Source: the human T2T-CHM13v2.0 reference genome, Homo sapiens. From it: a stretch of 64,000 nucleotides of DNA. The notes below the pieces were generated by a model. That model worked only from the letters and a program-made list of their open reading frames with translations, did no database searches and was not told the DNA's origin. Below, piece after piece: positions 30,388-44,197 of the stretch (its first letter is position 1; each line of letters starts with the position of its first letter). The stretch lies in the NCBI RefSeq assembly GCF_009914755.1, contig NC_060925.1. One strand, 5' to 3'. The position numbers were made by a program, and so were the translations under genes.

Positions 30388-31851
30388 AAGAATACTTGGA
30401 TTTGTGAGTGGGTGAGTGAGGAAAGGCAATGAGGAAGAGAGAAAATGAGTTCTTATTAATAATAAATTTTGTTCTTTTTTTCTATAACAAATGTATTACC
30501 TTCATAATTTGAAGAAAAATATAAATTGTATTAAAATTTGTTCAACCCATTATCCCCATAACTGTACTCGTTTTTGTCAGGTAGCTCAAATATCCCTATT
30601 TAGATAGGCTAACATATCCTTAGCCTAACATAAGGCTTGACATCTTAGGCTGGATTCCCTTGAAAATAGATCCTGGGGCAAAAGAGATCTCTCTCTCTCA
30701 AGTTTATAGGATCAAATGAGGTAATGTTGGTAAAATCACGAAGCTTAGTCCCAGATAATAGATGTCCAAGAAATGGTGGTGATAGTGGTAGCAAAGGAGG
30801 AGGTGATGTAATGATGTTTGTAGTAATCATCATGGATATAATTACCATTGAAATGTTATTGTTAGAATTTATTTTATCACGTTTTGATCAATATATGTCA
30901 GAATGTTAGATTTAAAGCAATCTATTTTACTCTCTTCAGTCATTTCCAATATAAACAACTATCTCATCTCCCCGATGTAGAGTTCTCCTAGCTCAATTTC
31001 CCTTTAGGAAAAACATCCAATACTGGAAATATTTGGTAATAATAGCAGGTTCTTGTTTCTTTTCCTCTGCATCTTGTTATGTTTGGCATGTCCCATTCTC
31101 TCATTCCCTCAGTTGGGAAGAGTTGCATCTATCTCTTATCCCAGTCCTGGGTGGTTTTGATTATGTAGCCATAAACTTAAGCCAATGAGAAGCAGGGAAA
31201 TTAATCAGAGCAGCAGGAGTTGGTCTTTTCTCCAGGATGGAGCCAGTTCAGCAAATTACTAAGTCATTTTATGTAGTCATTCTATACAGACTGAGCACCT
31301 TATGTGTGCCAAGCCACACGCTGAGCACTGGGGATGGGGAAATGAGGAAGGCATGTGCAGGCCATGTAGTAGGGGTGTCATGAAGGCCTGTGTAAACAAA
31401 CAGGGGTAGGGAAGAGTCTCAAAGGTGGAGAAAAGATTCAGGGCCTTTTAGGAAGGGATGCATCATTGTCATAGAAGGGTCTCACTGTGAATCAAAGAGG
31501 TCTGTCTGAATCTAGCTCCATAAGAAGAGGGGATGGCAGGATCTGATGGCATCAGATCCCAACTAATCTTCTTGAAATGCAGGGTTAAGCACTAAATTTA
31601 AGTGTACTTGAGAACTAAAATCCTTAGTCAGGCCACAGGTGATGAGGGCGAGGCAGGGAGGCCATAGTCTGGGACTTATGAGGGTAACCTGGGTGCTAAA
31701 CTCATCTAAGTCTTAACTAAACTTTGGTTTGGAAATAATACACTTTATACAGACCTCCTCGTTCCATTCCTCTGCAAAGTCATGTTCTTGGTGAGTAGAT
31801 TAGTTTGCAGTTGCCAGACCACCGTATTCCTTATATCTTTATGAGAGTTAA

Positions 31852-32172
<321 letters not shown>

Positions 32173-32885
32173 TGACATCCATGATTCTGGAGGAAGTACA
32201 TTGTCAGGGGAAAATATTGGCATCCATTTCGGTTAGGAATGATTTTCCTTCAATCAAGAAGTTCAGAGGTTGGCATCCAGGGCTGCCAAGGCTGTTCTAT
32301 GTCTTATCAAGAACTCAAGCCCCCTCCATCATTCTCTGTTATTCTGAGTGGAGTAATGCAAACACTTCATGATGATTAGGCTGTAAAAACTGCCTGTCAC
32401 TGCTTAATAATGCTTGCTTCATTTTACACTACTCCTGAAATATCAGCAATGAGAGACTAATTTTTGCCAATCTCCCTAGAAATGCATACCCTCCCTGTGA
32501 AAGTAAAGCAGAAAATAGTAGTTTACTCCTTAATACAAATTGATTTCAAAAGATCATTCCTGTCTGGTAAAATGTTGGATTTTTCAATGGCACAGGAAGG
32601 AATATAGGACCATTTGGGGATGGAGAGCACTAGGGAAATTAGGTGTGTTAGAGAAGAGAGTATTTGTATGGATACGAAGATGGACAAGCCTCTGTTAACT
32701 GCAGTGTGGAGGAGAGAGTGCTGGATAGCTGGGATACCACCTCATTCTTATGGAACCATTTTTCTTCTAGTGCCTTGAAGATTGCCATAGTACATCAGGA
32801 TTCAACATTTCTAACGACACAATCAGCATCCTGAATATTTGCTTTTCTGTATATATCTAATCATTACAAACACAAAAAATTAATA

Positions 32886-33313
32886 CTGTATGAGTCGAGG
32901 TAATGCTATCCAAACTCAAAATATATGAAAACTCAAATCCCATAAACATTTCTCCTTCAAGGGTAGTTCTCAACAGGTAATCCTGATTGGTGATGGCTTT
33001 CTTCCACAGGATCATTCAGGGGCCCAGGTTCCTTCCATCTCATCGCTTCCCTACCTTCAATATGTGGCTTTCAAAGTCACTGTACTTGCTTCCACAAGTC
33101 AGAGGCAGGAGGAAAGAGCATGGAAGATCGCACATGGGAGGTTTTAAAGAGTAAGGCTTGGGGGTGGCTCATCTTACTGCCCCTCACATCCCATTGGCTA
33201 GAACTCCATCAAATGGCCATACTTAGCTGCCAGTGAGACTAGGAAGTGTAGCCTGGCTCATGGTGTTGATAAAGAGGAAATGGGTTTGGTGAAGATTATT
33301 CCATCTCTGTCAC
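32886..33313 (-). mobile_element. MLT1J/K-like LTR
   Basis: tcattcaggggcccaggttccttccatc...cacatcccattggctagaactc...tctctgtcaca. Confidence 0.7.
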
Positions 33314-35260
33314 AAATACCTTCTGCTTTCCAAGCACGAGACCATTCCTTTAAAAAGAGCAGCTAACACAAACATGGCCTCCCCTCAGGGAGCCTGAAGT
33401 ATAGAGAAGAATAAAGAAGTTCAATCAATAATCACAAACACATGTACAAATACATATTCAAACAATACAATTCAAACAATGCAATTGCAAATGTGATGGG
33501 AAGATAGAGTGTGAGAAGAAAATGTAATGAGTATTATGACATAGATTATAAGGGGCTAAGATGTATAGGAATAAGTTAGAATTAACTAAGTTGAGCATTA
33601 AGGTGAGCATTCCAAAGTAGAGTGATATCGTATATCAGGATTATTTGTTCCATTTATTCATCTACCAAGTTAGGTGCCCACATTGTGCTAAGTATTCTTC
33701 CAGTCTCCATGGAAGATTCCAAAATGCAGAGCACAAACTCCTGCTGTCTACTGGGAATACTTTGTGGAATTTATTCTGATTCATCAGGAACAAGTGCACA
33801 CAAACTCACAAATAATCTTACATATTTGAGATGATTTCAAGTGTGGAAAAGGACAATTATACCACTGAGTGGTTTTCCTCCATCCATTTATTAAGCAAAC
33901 GATTGAGCCCTTAGTCAGGATATCGGTTTCATCCTCTTAAAGACCAGGCATACCCAACTGGAGCACAGATTGAAAATTTGAATATATGCCATACACACAG
34001 ACCCTTCTAAGGAAATCACACCAAGTAGATTAATGTGAGTGACATATCTGTGACATCCAGAGTTCCACTCTGTTGCCCACCCCAAACTGCTTCAGATCAG
34101 GGATCAGAGCATGTGCTCATAGGCTCTAAGTTAACATGGCATAAAACTGCCCAATTGTTTTATGTTTATAACATTAGTAATTTTAATAGCAATTGTAGTA
34201 GTAATATAGTAAAAATTTGATGTCAAACTTATCCAATCAGATTCCCACTCTTAGTATGACAGTTAGATTGCTTTTTTTTTAGAATAAAATTCAGAGACTG
34301 TTGACTATTTACAAAAATGGAAACTTTGTCTATAGTAAGGCCTCCTACATTGTTCTAGATGGGTAGGACTTTAAAAAAAAAAAAAGAGTTCTGCACACAA
34401 AGTAATAGGAATTTTGCAGTTGTGATCTGATAAAACATGTCTGTAAGTAGGACCTGAATGTAAATACAGTGAGTGAGGACTTCCCGTGGGTAGAGAGGCT
34501 GGCAGTTTTTGAGACGTCTAGTAACCTAGTTTACATTTTAGGTTGGTTCCTGTTCTCTGCTATAATCCCTGTAGTCAACCCTAAATTTTTAGTAAGAGTC
34601 TGCTACATATACATAGCTGCCTTCCATCAGTGATGCTTTGAATGAAGAAAACTCCTGTCAATAAATAGGACAGAGTGGGGAGAGGCAGGGGGGACGTCCC
34701 AAGAGGCCTAAGTGTGAACTGGTTGATCAAGAATCCAAAATTTATACAAGAAACTATAGGAGATCATAGTCACCTATGCCATGAATCCCCTTAAGTCTTC
34801 AAGAGGGCACTGGACTGCCCACTGTAGATAGGATAGGAGGTCCAAGCCACTTTATCTGGTGATTGAATTAAAAAGTGGCCTATAGAAGACCAATGCATGT
34901 CAGGCCATTGAGGTCAACTTCATAGGCACCCTGTGAAGTCCGATCCTGCTAACAGCAAAGCTGCATGTTTTCAGACAGTCATGAAGAGGAAATACTGATG
35001 ACTTGGTTTAGTAGTAACACTTAAGCTCCCCCAGCAACCAAACAAGCAGTCAGAAATACAATGCTGCCTCTACTCTCCTTCTCATCTTCTTGTTCCCAAA
35101 TGTGTATGTTGTCAGATGGGTGCAGGTTGTTGTTCCACTTTTTATTTCTGGAAGAAAATGAAAAATTGCTTCTTGAAATGCAGCCAGAAAGCTTTTCTGT
35201 AATTACCAAGAAACCAGTCAATTTTATTGACAATCCAACTGATAACATATGGTCCAATAC

Positions 35261-35385
35261 TGTTTGTTTGGTGTTTTTTTGTGTTTTTGTTTGATTTTTT
35301 GGTTATTTTCGTTTTTGTCTTTTGAGTGTTTTTTGTTTATTTGTTTTTGTGGGTTTTTATCTTTTTTTGTTTGTTTTGTTTTTTC
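35261..35385. repeat. T/G-rich low-complexity tract, (GTTTT)n-like
   Basis: Imperfect gttt/gtttt repeats with no recognisable Alu or L1 body attached. Confidence 0.85.
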
Positions 35386-35859
35386 TCTCTGAACCCAGCA
35401 CAGTTTGGAGTGATATCTTAATTTATTATTATGAAAGGGACAGCAACTGGTTTTTAATGGCTACAGAATGGTGACTTGCAACCTTGGCCCAGCTGCTGTC
35501 ACTGCCGTGCCGCGAGCAGACTTGTAGCATCTTTTCTCAGGGACACATCAGTGCTCCTGCCTGCTGCCTCCCTCCCTCCCAGTGGACAGGCCACCACCTG
35601 CTGCTGGCACAGCGCCGGCCCTTCAGGGAACAAATGTTCTCTTGCTGCTGGGCTATAGGACAGGACAGACGCTGGATTTCAAGAGAACCAGGGAAAGGCA
35701 CCCTCGGGCCGGCAGCCCCTACTCTTCCACCCATCTGCCTTCCCTGCCAAGCAGAGATCTCACTCATGGGGGCTGTAGGAGAGTAGGTGTTTTGACCAGA
35801 CTGTGGTCAAGATTGGTCTGTCTCCTTTTCTACACCAGTCTTGCTCAAGGCTATAGTGG

Positions 35860-36290
35860 GCATTTATTTATTCAGGCCATAAGTATTTATTGAGCCTCTG
35901 TTATGTGCCAGGCAATTTGCTAAGTGCTAGGAGTATAGACCTCATCCTCTGCCCTTGAGAAAGTCACTGTTTAGTGGGGTGGACAAGACACACCAATCGA
36001 TAAATTATGATACAACACTCAGAGTGTAATAACAGAGTGAAAAACAAAATGCACAGAGAAGGAGCATCCAAGTATCACCCAGGTATGAAACATGTGGGCT
36101 TTGGAGACTGTTAGTTAGCCTCTGTAGAAATCTCATCTTTGCCTCTTGCCACCTGTTTGACCTTGGACAATTTACTTAAGGTCTGTAAGTCCCACTGACC
36201 CATCATTAAAGGGTTATGTGAGATAATGCGATGAAGTACTTTAACACGGCACATAGGAAAGACTCAATACACATGGGCCACTACTAACAA
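35860..36290. mobile_element. L2 3' end (minus) followed by a MIR (plus)
   Basis: aagtatttattgagcctctgttatgtgccaggc; tgaccttggacaatttacttaa...gagataatgc. Confidence 0.7.
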
Positions 36291-36904
36291 ACGCAATTTG
36301 TATTCAAATGCCTCCCCCAGAGATGCAGAGTATCAGCCATTGCACCCAGGCAAGGGTTCTAGAAGCCTAGAAAGGATGGAGAAATAAGGTCAGTTAGTGG
36401 GCAACAGAGCTTAGAGCCAAAGAAGGCACCAAACATCTGTGTCCAGGGGCAAAGCTGGAGTACAAGACCAAGTTAAAAAAAAAATCGACCCGGACTGTCA
36501 GACAGGAAGGGCCAATTAGAGAAGAAGAAAATAAATCCAGGGTGATGACAGAAATCGGAGATATTGGGCAAAATTAATTCCAAAAAGAGAACACAAGCAG
36601 AGGTGAAAACTTGGAGAAACAGAGACTTGAGAAGACAAAAAATTCTTCTCAGAGGAGGTGGTGTTTGATCTCAATCACAGAAGATGACTAGAAGCTTGCC
36701 AGGAAGGGAGTTTAGGAAAAGGCAATTTTTGAAGTGGGAACAGCATGAGCAAAGGCACAGGGATGTTCCGGGGAAGAGCAACAGTGTCTTAGTGGCTGGA
36801 GTGTGTGGAGTAAAGAGGAAGGAGGGGAGGCTGGAACATGGCAGGAGCCAAGACATAGTGGACTCTGTGTGCCAGGCTAGGGGATCTAGTCTTGACCTGT
36901 AGGC

Positions 36905-37069
36905 CAGTGTGGCATATCAGAGTCACCTGTCAAGCTCTTACAAGGCACCAATGCTCAGGCTACACTGCCCAAGAGTCTGAGTTTAACTCGTCTGAGTTAA
37001 AGCCAGCCACGGGTAGTTTTTAAATCTCCCCAGGTGATTCTAATGTGTAGTCAAGTTTGCAAGCCACTG
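36905..37069. mobile_element. MER5-type hAT-Charlie MITE inserted in L2
   Basis: CAGTG...CACTG termini, ctccccaggtgattctaatgtg motif, and a perfect 8-bp TSD ctgtaggc at 36897-36904 and 37070-37077. Confidence 0.88.
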
Positions 37070-38473
37070 CTGTAGGCAATCAGACATCAATGAAGATTCT
37101 ACTTATATGCCCAGAATGCTGTGAAGCTAAGAAAAGATAATTCATTTAATTTCAGCAAACATTATTAAGACCCACTCATTGCCAGGCCCTGTGCTAAGCC
37201 TTGTAAATATGGAGATGAGAAGACAGGGTCCACTGCTCTCTGTTTAGCTCTTTAGAGTTTATGAATCACGTTCACCTTCACTGCCTAATCCTCCCTGGGA
37301 ATGGAAAAGGAATGTGGTTGCAGTCCTTCAGGGGAAGCGGTATACATAATCAACTCAGTCATTGTGGGGCCTACCCTGAGGTCTGGCACTGGGCTGTAGC
37401 GGAGAAAATGAATTGAGCAATTTTTTATAGAAAAAAATCAATAGCATCAGAACAGGCAGCCACATCAGCAGCTGGGGCTGGCGGGAGGGGAAAGGCAAAG
37501 GGGGAGGAAAAAGGGGGCTATCGGAGAAAACAAGGACACTTCATGTAAAGAAGAAATAGAGGTGTTGTGGAAGGAGGAAGGAAAAAGGGCCAAGTGGAGT
37601 GGGTTAGGGGACTGAGGTGGTGGTTTCTGAGAGAATTTGGAGAAAACCATTAGATCCCTTGAGTCTTAATCCCCCTCCACTACTCAGAGCCCTGAATGTG
37701 GAGATAGGTATGCAAGAAGTTATGAGAGGGAAATTGACACCTAGCAAGTTCCTGTCACTGTGCTAGGTGTGTCACATACATTAATGTAATGTAATCCTCA
37801 CTAATAAATAAGTTTACAAATGAGAAAAACAGACATCCTAAAGGCCACTAGGCTACCCAGCTTATGTGAGACAGAGTTATTTATCCTTTTTTTAGGCTTA
37901 GAGAGAAACATATTGGGGAGTAGCTTTGTCAAAGAGGCACTCCAAAAATAGTTATTTTTCCAACCTCAGACCACGTGTAACACTAGTACAAGGCTCAGGG
38001 TGGGATGGAACCTCAGAGAGCATCTGCTGTGGATATGAGTGAACCCTGAACTGGGACCTAGCTCCAGACGAACCTTCACCCTTGTCAAAACACAATCATT
38101 CAGGTTACTTGAGGCAGATGAGAGAGACGGAAAAATTCCACCATGTAACCACAGAGAGCATTTTTTTAGGAATCCTCAGGCACAACCTCCTGTGAGGGGA
38201 GCCCCATGGAGGGACTATGGCCTTCCCCACTGGAGTTGGGGGGGCCTGCAGGGTGGGGAATGAGCTCACAACCACACACTGGGGAGAGAAACAGGCCTTG
38301 TGAGAAAGCCTTGCTGGGGAGCAGCAGGGACAATCGCTGGTCACTCTGTGCCATTAAACTGCAGGACTGGGTCTCCTGTGATTGCTTTAGACATACACCC
38401 AACTCAGACAAGGTCAAGCAGAACGGAAATTTATTGGAAGGTTACTGTGTTATCTCACACAGGTAGGAGTGTT

Positions 38474-38822
38474 TGCTGTGGTTTGAATGTTGTTCCCCAT
38501 TCCCTTCAAATTCATAGTTGAAATTATAACCTCCAAGGGGATACTATCAGGGAGGTGAAGCTTTTGGGAGATGATTAGATCATGAGGGCCCTTACGAATG
38601 GGGTGAGCACCCTTAATAAAAGGCCTTGCCCCTTCCACCATGTGAAGACACAGCGAAAAGTTGCCATCTATGAACCAAGAAGAGAGCCCTCATCAGACGC
38701 TAAATCCGCCAGTACCTTGATCTTGGACTTCTCAGCCTCTAGAACTGTGAGAAATAAATTTCTGTGGTCTGTGAGCCTCCCAGTCTAAGATATTTCGTTA
38801 GTTGACTGAACAGATTAAGATA
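38474..38822 (+). mobile_element. MLT1A0-like solo LTR inside an older MLT1 remnant (~38345-39190)
   Basis: tgctgtggtttgaatg...ccttgatcttggacttctcagcctctagaactgtgagaaataaatttctg. Confidence 0.88.
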
Positions 38823-39316
38823 ATACTGAACAACCAAATTTCAGGAAAGGATGGTTGTAGTTGGGCCTCAGAGCAATTGAAATCTGGGTCATGAATCATA
38901 AAGACTAGTCCTATCACTTTTCTACACTTCTCTGATGGTTTCCTTGGCCATCACTGCAGACTACCTTCTGCTGCAAGGTGGGATACGTGGCCACCAACAA
39001 CTCCTGAGCTTCATATTGCAGATTCGACCTCCAGAGGACGAAGTTTATTTCTTCTATTACAGCTTGAAAAATCCCAGAGAAGGCATCTATGAAGGATTCT
39101 GTTTGGTTTAGCTTGGGGTGGTGCCTACCTTGCACCAATCATTAGCACCTAGAGGAGCAAGGCTATGTTTAACAACATGGCAACTCCAACTATATCTATA
39201 TGAATGGAGGAAGGAGGGAAGGTTCACAACATGTATTAATCCCATGCAAAAACAATGTGCAACACTGAGAGATGAATAAGACATGGTCCTAGTCCTCAAG
39301 GTGCTCACAATAGCAA

Positions 39317-39730
39317 TGTGGCAAATCTTCATGCCCCTTTCCTAACTGGACAAACAGTAGAGTATATTTCCCAGCCCACATGTGGTTAGGAATGGTCATG
39401 TGACTGATGTGTGACCAATGGCATGTGTGAATCATTTCCAGACCTGTTCCATTTTAATGTGCTTCTCTTCCATGTGCTTCTCCCTTTCCAGCTGAATGGA
39501 ATGGAGACAACACCCAGGTAACATAGAAGAGCCATGTGTTTAAGATTGCAGAACCACAGATGGAAGGAGCCTGACTCTCTGAATCACTGCACAGAAGACA
39601 GAAGAGACTCACGAACCACAAGCATGCGCACCAGGCTCTTATACTAGCAAGAAAAAGAATTTTATAGTGTTAAGCATTAAGATTTCAAGGCTTACTTACT
39701 ACAGCTGCTAGGTCTGCCTTCATTAATATA
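39317..39730 (+). mobile_element. MLT1J-like LTR
   Basis: tatttcccagcc...ggtcatgtgactga...gatggaaggagcctg...ctgaatcactgca. Confidence 0.75.
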
Positions 39731-40533
39731 GTTAGTAAACATTGCATTAACTGGAATTAACTACTTTGAGTTCCAGCTCTATGACAAACTTGCTGAATGA
39801 CTTGGAGAAAATTACTTTACTTCTCTGAGTCTCCCCATTAACTGTACCTACATTGCAGGATTTTTCACTAATGAATAGAGATAATGCACGTGAATGAATG
39901 TGAATGCTAAATTATAATACTTCACAGTTTCAGGGTAGAATATTAGAAACTTGTCTCTGCCTTCCCATTTCTCAAGTATGTCAAGATATAATTTTAGTGA
40001 CTTAGAAAGCTTTCAAGTATCTCATTGAAAGTCTCCTATTTAATAAATGAAGCAATGTAGGTTATAAAAATGTAGTTTTTCCCATAGAACTCAATAAAGT
40101 TATTTTCACTTTAATTTTTTTAAATAAATGGCACTTAAACATTTTTTATATCCTGCATTAGCATTAGATGAAAAATAGCTTGCTCACCACTGATATTATC
40201 AAGCTTCATTAACATCTTGAAGAAATCAAGGCTGAATTAGGGGAAATTTTACAACTTTGCCCTTAGTAATTGGCAGATAGCCTTAAACCTGCAATTTCTG
40301 ACTCCAAGTTAGCATGCCTCCCCATTCTCTGTAGTTCTTCTCAGCCAGGGTACTCATAGCTGCCACAGCCACTACATAGATTCACATAAAGCTATGGTTA
40401 TGGGCTCATTCTCAGTTGATCCTTCTCTCTACCTTCACCAGAGGGCTTTGAGTGGAGATTCATGTACCCTGTTATATCAATAATTTCACACTGTGTTCCT
40501 CTCAACTCCCTAGGGGCCATTTGTGTTTGAGTT

Positions 40534-40884
40534 GTTTGTTTGTTTGTTTGATTGATTTGGATTTCTGTTTTTTGGTTTGTTTTTGTTTGTTTTTGAGATG
40601 GGGGTTTCACTGTGTCACCCAGGCTGGAGTGCAGTGGTGTGATCTTGGCTCACTGCAACCTCCCCCTCCCAAGCTCAAGTCATCTTCCCACCTCAGCTTC
40701 CCAAGTAGGTGAAACCACAGGCACAGCACGTGCCACCACGCCCAGATAATTTTTTTGTATTTTTGGTAGAGACAGGGTTTCACCATGTTGCCCAGGCTAG
40801 TATTGAACTCCTGAGCTCAGATGATCTACCCGTCTTGGCCTCCCAAAGTGCTGGGATTACAGGTGTGAGCCAACACACCCAGCC
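40534..40884 (-). mobile_element. AluJ (Jb-like), full length, with a degenerate tail
   Basis: Both arms in reverse; TSD tgtgtttgagtt at 40522-40533 and 40885-40896. The flank ending ttttgaaagccaatg (~41022) resembles a hAT MITE end. Confidence 0.94.
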
Positions 40885-41318
40885 TGTGTTTGAGTTTTGA
40901 GTTTCACCACTAGTTTAACTAGAGCAGCACTGACTTTATCTACTTTACATATTGAACTCCTGGATAAGATTTCCTTTGAACAAAAAGTTTCCTAATTAAA
41001 AAGATTTTTTTGAAAGCCAATGAACCAGAAAACTGAACTTCGAGGTCACAATGTGATGGCAAAGGAGACAAGAAATTCATTTTCTAATTCCAAGTCTGAT
41101 ACTAACTCATATGACTTTAAGCAAGTATTTCTCTTTAAAGCTTCAGTTTCCTTTCTATAAAATGGAAAGTTAAACAACAGGAGAGCTTACATCCACAGGG
41201 CAAGGCAGCTTAGGGTATGTATTTGGCATTGGAGGTGGAGGCAGGGGAGGTGGGAGGTGACTAACTATGAGAGGAAGAGTAAAACCCCAGATAAAGAGGT
41301 TTTAACTTTATTGAAAGT

Positions 41319-41846
41319 ACTCATTGAGCTACAGCTACGTGCCAAGTATTCTACAAAGCATTTGAGAATAAAACATGGAACCAAACAGAGAGCATGTATA
41401 CAGTACCAGATCTGACAGTGAGGGGTGTCAATCACAAGAACCAGAGGCTGTCAGTCAGAAAGGGGATAGCACCAGGAGAAGAACAAAAGGTTCTTTGTTT
41501 GAAGTTTTTTTTCTTTTCCCAAAAAACATTCAATCATGGTCTCCTTTACAGAATCCTAACTCCCTCTCCCACCCTTTCAGCCAAGTCTTCTGAATCAGTT
41601 CCCTTAATTATTCATTACGTATTCATTTGTCATTTATATAGCATATATTTAGTGAATTCCTCCTATATACAGCATCCTGTACCAGGCGCTGAGGATTGGA
41701 GATGGGTTAAATTTGATACCAGCCCTCAGGATGCTCATGATCTATTGTGAAGACTTGTAAAACACTTGCAATGCAAGGAGGGACACAGGAGTGAGGGTGG
41801 AGGAATCACCAGTGGTCCTTCTCCATTCCTTAGGGGACGTCAGATT
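41319..41846 (+). repeat. Local direct duplication, copy 1 (probable donor)
   Basis: Aligns end to end with 43662-44197, with identical blocks up to ~52 bp. Confidence 0.95.
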
Positions 41847-42914
41847 CCTTTACCCCTCCCCTACCTCTCTGCACCTCACCTACGCCTTTTGGATGCACTC
41901 CCTTTTGCTGAATCAACAAGATTAGGCACAGACATCTGCACTGAGGAAATAATAAGGGCACCAGAAGGTCACTGCAAATAGAAGGCAGTTATGTTGTTTC
42001 ATGATTTAAAGTACTGAATGGTACATTTATTTCCATTAACTGCAATGAGATGGTGTTCACGTGGGTGATAACAGTAGGATTTTCACGACATCATTTTAGC
42101 CTATCTGGTTATACAAACTTCTAGGTTTCCTGAGTATCGAATCTTCCTGAAGCATTGAAGAATAAAGGATATTCTGTACTTTATCTTCCTTTACTGTCCT
42201 TCACCTGATCTTTTTTTAGTTATAGACAAAGTCATCCTTATTTTTTAATCTTTCAGGTAAGAAATATTTACTGAGCCCTAGTGCATTCCAGCCACTGTGT
42301 ATTTTACAGACATATAAATGAAAAAAGAAATGGTCCCTGATCTCAAAGACCTAACAGTCTCATGAGAAAAACAACAAAGATGATTAAGTTCAATGTGATT
42401 AGTGCTATATTAGAAGCAAAAGTAGTGATAATGAGAATTCCAAGAGAGGACCATACCACCAGATGGGAGGTTCTATAAAAGCTTGCTAGGAAAGAAAGCT
42501 TATCTGAGTCAGGAGTAAAGATTCATGGCTAGTCAAGTAAATGGAGGTTGGAAAGGTGTCCAGGCAGATGGGAGTTTGGGCAGTTTTTCCTCCTGAAGCT
42601 ACTGCCCCAGTGAACTATCCAAATTAGATGTGCTAATAATGTTCAGGAATTCAACATGCCACATGGACTTGTGAGTCAGAGAGATTTTACTCTCCTTTTT
42701 TGGTCTGTGTCTTCACCTACTCAGGCATGATTGTAAAGTTGAAATGAGAAAATAAAGTGGATGATGTGCTCCCTACAGTCTCCGGCATCAGTCTGTTCTC
42801 GTAAATGATGTTGGGGGTAAGGGGAGGATGCATAAGGGTAGGTGAAGTGTGTGGATCGGAGAGGAGTGCCTTGGGCATATCTTTGTAGGACTTAACTTAT
42901 CTAATATAATGAAG

Positions 42915-43374
42915 TGTCTATCTCCCATTTGTTCTCCGAGATCCATTCCCAACCCCTCATCACCAGCTCTGTGCCCTTGGAGCCTGACCTGTTTGGACTT
43001 TACCAAAGGGCTCCCTCTCTGATTTCCAGTTGAGTCAAGCAATGGAGGGCACTGTAGGAGACCAGAGAGAAGGAAAGTGAGGTCAATCTTGCTCCTTTGC
43101 ATTCATCTCAGGCTGCTGCATCCTTGGCATAAGGGCGCATCTCCTGCCAGATGGTCTTCTCCATAACATGTTCTGTCTCTAGATTCTGTTAACTGTTCCC
43201 TCCCATTGTGTCTCACACACAAGGTTAAAAATAGGGAGCTGTTGTTGGCCCAAGGGCATTGCACTATCCTTGAGGTTTCCATACAACATCCCTATACCTT
43301 TATAATGAATCCTTCAATTTTTCTTTAATCACCCAGTTTGAGTCTGCATTCCTTCTGGAATTTTAACAGACACA
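42915..43374 (+). mobile_element. LTR33-like ERVL LTR
   Basis: agatccattccc...ctctgtgccc...gcaatggagggcactg...tttaatcacccagtttgagtctgc...acagacaca. Confidence 0.65.
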
Positions 43375-43661
43375 TATTCTGTAAGCCCTGCAAAGAGATT
43401 CCAAATAAATCTGTGGACACTGGAATTAATAAAGGGGTGAATGTATTTCCTCTAGGCTAGCATTTACATTGTTAGGAGCATACCCAGAAGCTAAACCAGC
43501 TGAGGAGGAGGCTCTCCTTCCTATGTCCTCTTCCCATTAAGCTGAGCAAATTGAGAACAGTGCCCAAATTTTATTAATCTTTCAATCTGTACCCTCAACA
43601 TCTAGCTCAAAAACTGGGATACAGAATCTATGTTCAATATGTGTGTGTTGACTGGGTTTCC

Positions 43662-44197
43662 ACTCATTGAGCTACAGCTATGTGCCAAGCATTGTGCAAA
43701 GCATTTGCAAATATAACATGGAACCAGATAGGATGTGTATAGTACAGTGAGGGGTGTCAATCACAAAAAAAACAAGAGGCTGTCCGTCAGAAAGGGGATA
43801 GCACCAGGAGAAGAACAAAAGTTTCTTTGTTTGAAGTTTTTCTTTTTTCCTCAAAACTCAATCATGGTCTTCTTTACAGAATCCTAACTCCCTCTCCCAC
43901 CCTTTCAGCCAAGTCTTCTGAATTGGTGGTAGAGGAAGAATCAAGTCATTCCCTTACTTATTCATTCACTCATTCATTTGTCATTTATATAGCATATACT
44001 TACTGAACTCCTCCTACATCCAGCATCTTGTACGAGGCACTGAGGATAGGAGATGAGTTAAATTTGATACCAGCCCTCAGGATGCTCATGGTCTATCGGG
44101 AAGACTTGTAAAGCACTTGCAATGCAAGGAGGGACACAGGAGTGAGGATGGAGGAATCACCAGTGGTCTTTCTCCATTCCTCAGCAGACATCAGATT
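43662..44197 (+). repeat. Local direct duplication, copy 2 (inserted copy with TSD)
   Basis: Homologous to 41319-41846; flanked by ttga(c/a)tgggtttcca at 43648-43662 and 44196-44210. Confidence 0.95.

Noticed and set aside
34270-35260. Processed pseudogene suggested by the T and A runs
   Set aside because: No ORF, correctly placed poly(A) signal or TSD found.
35627-35640. Steroid-receptor-like palindrome GGAACAaaTGTTCT
   Set aside because: The spacer is 2 nt, not the 3 nt of a canonical GRE/ARE.
41319-44197. The two ~530-bp direct repeats as LTRs of an unknown retroelement
   Set aside because: No TG..CA ends, PBS/PPT or outer TSD. The intervening DNA is a mix of L2, MIR and LTR33 remnants, and the TSD surrounds copy 2 alone.
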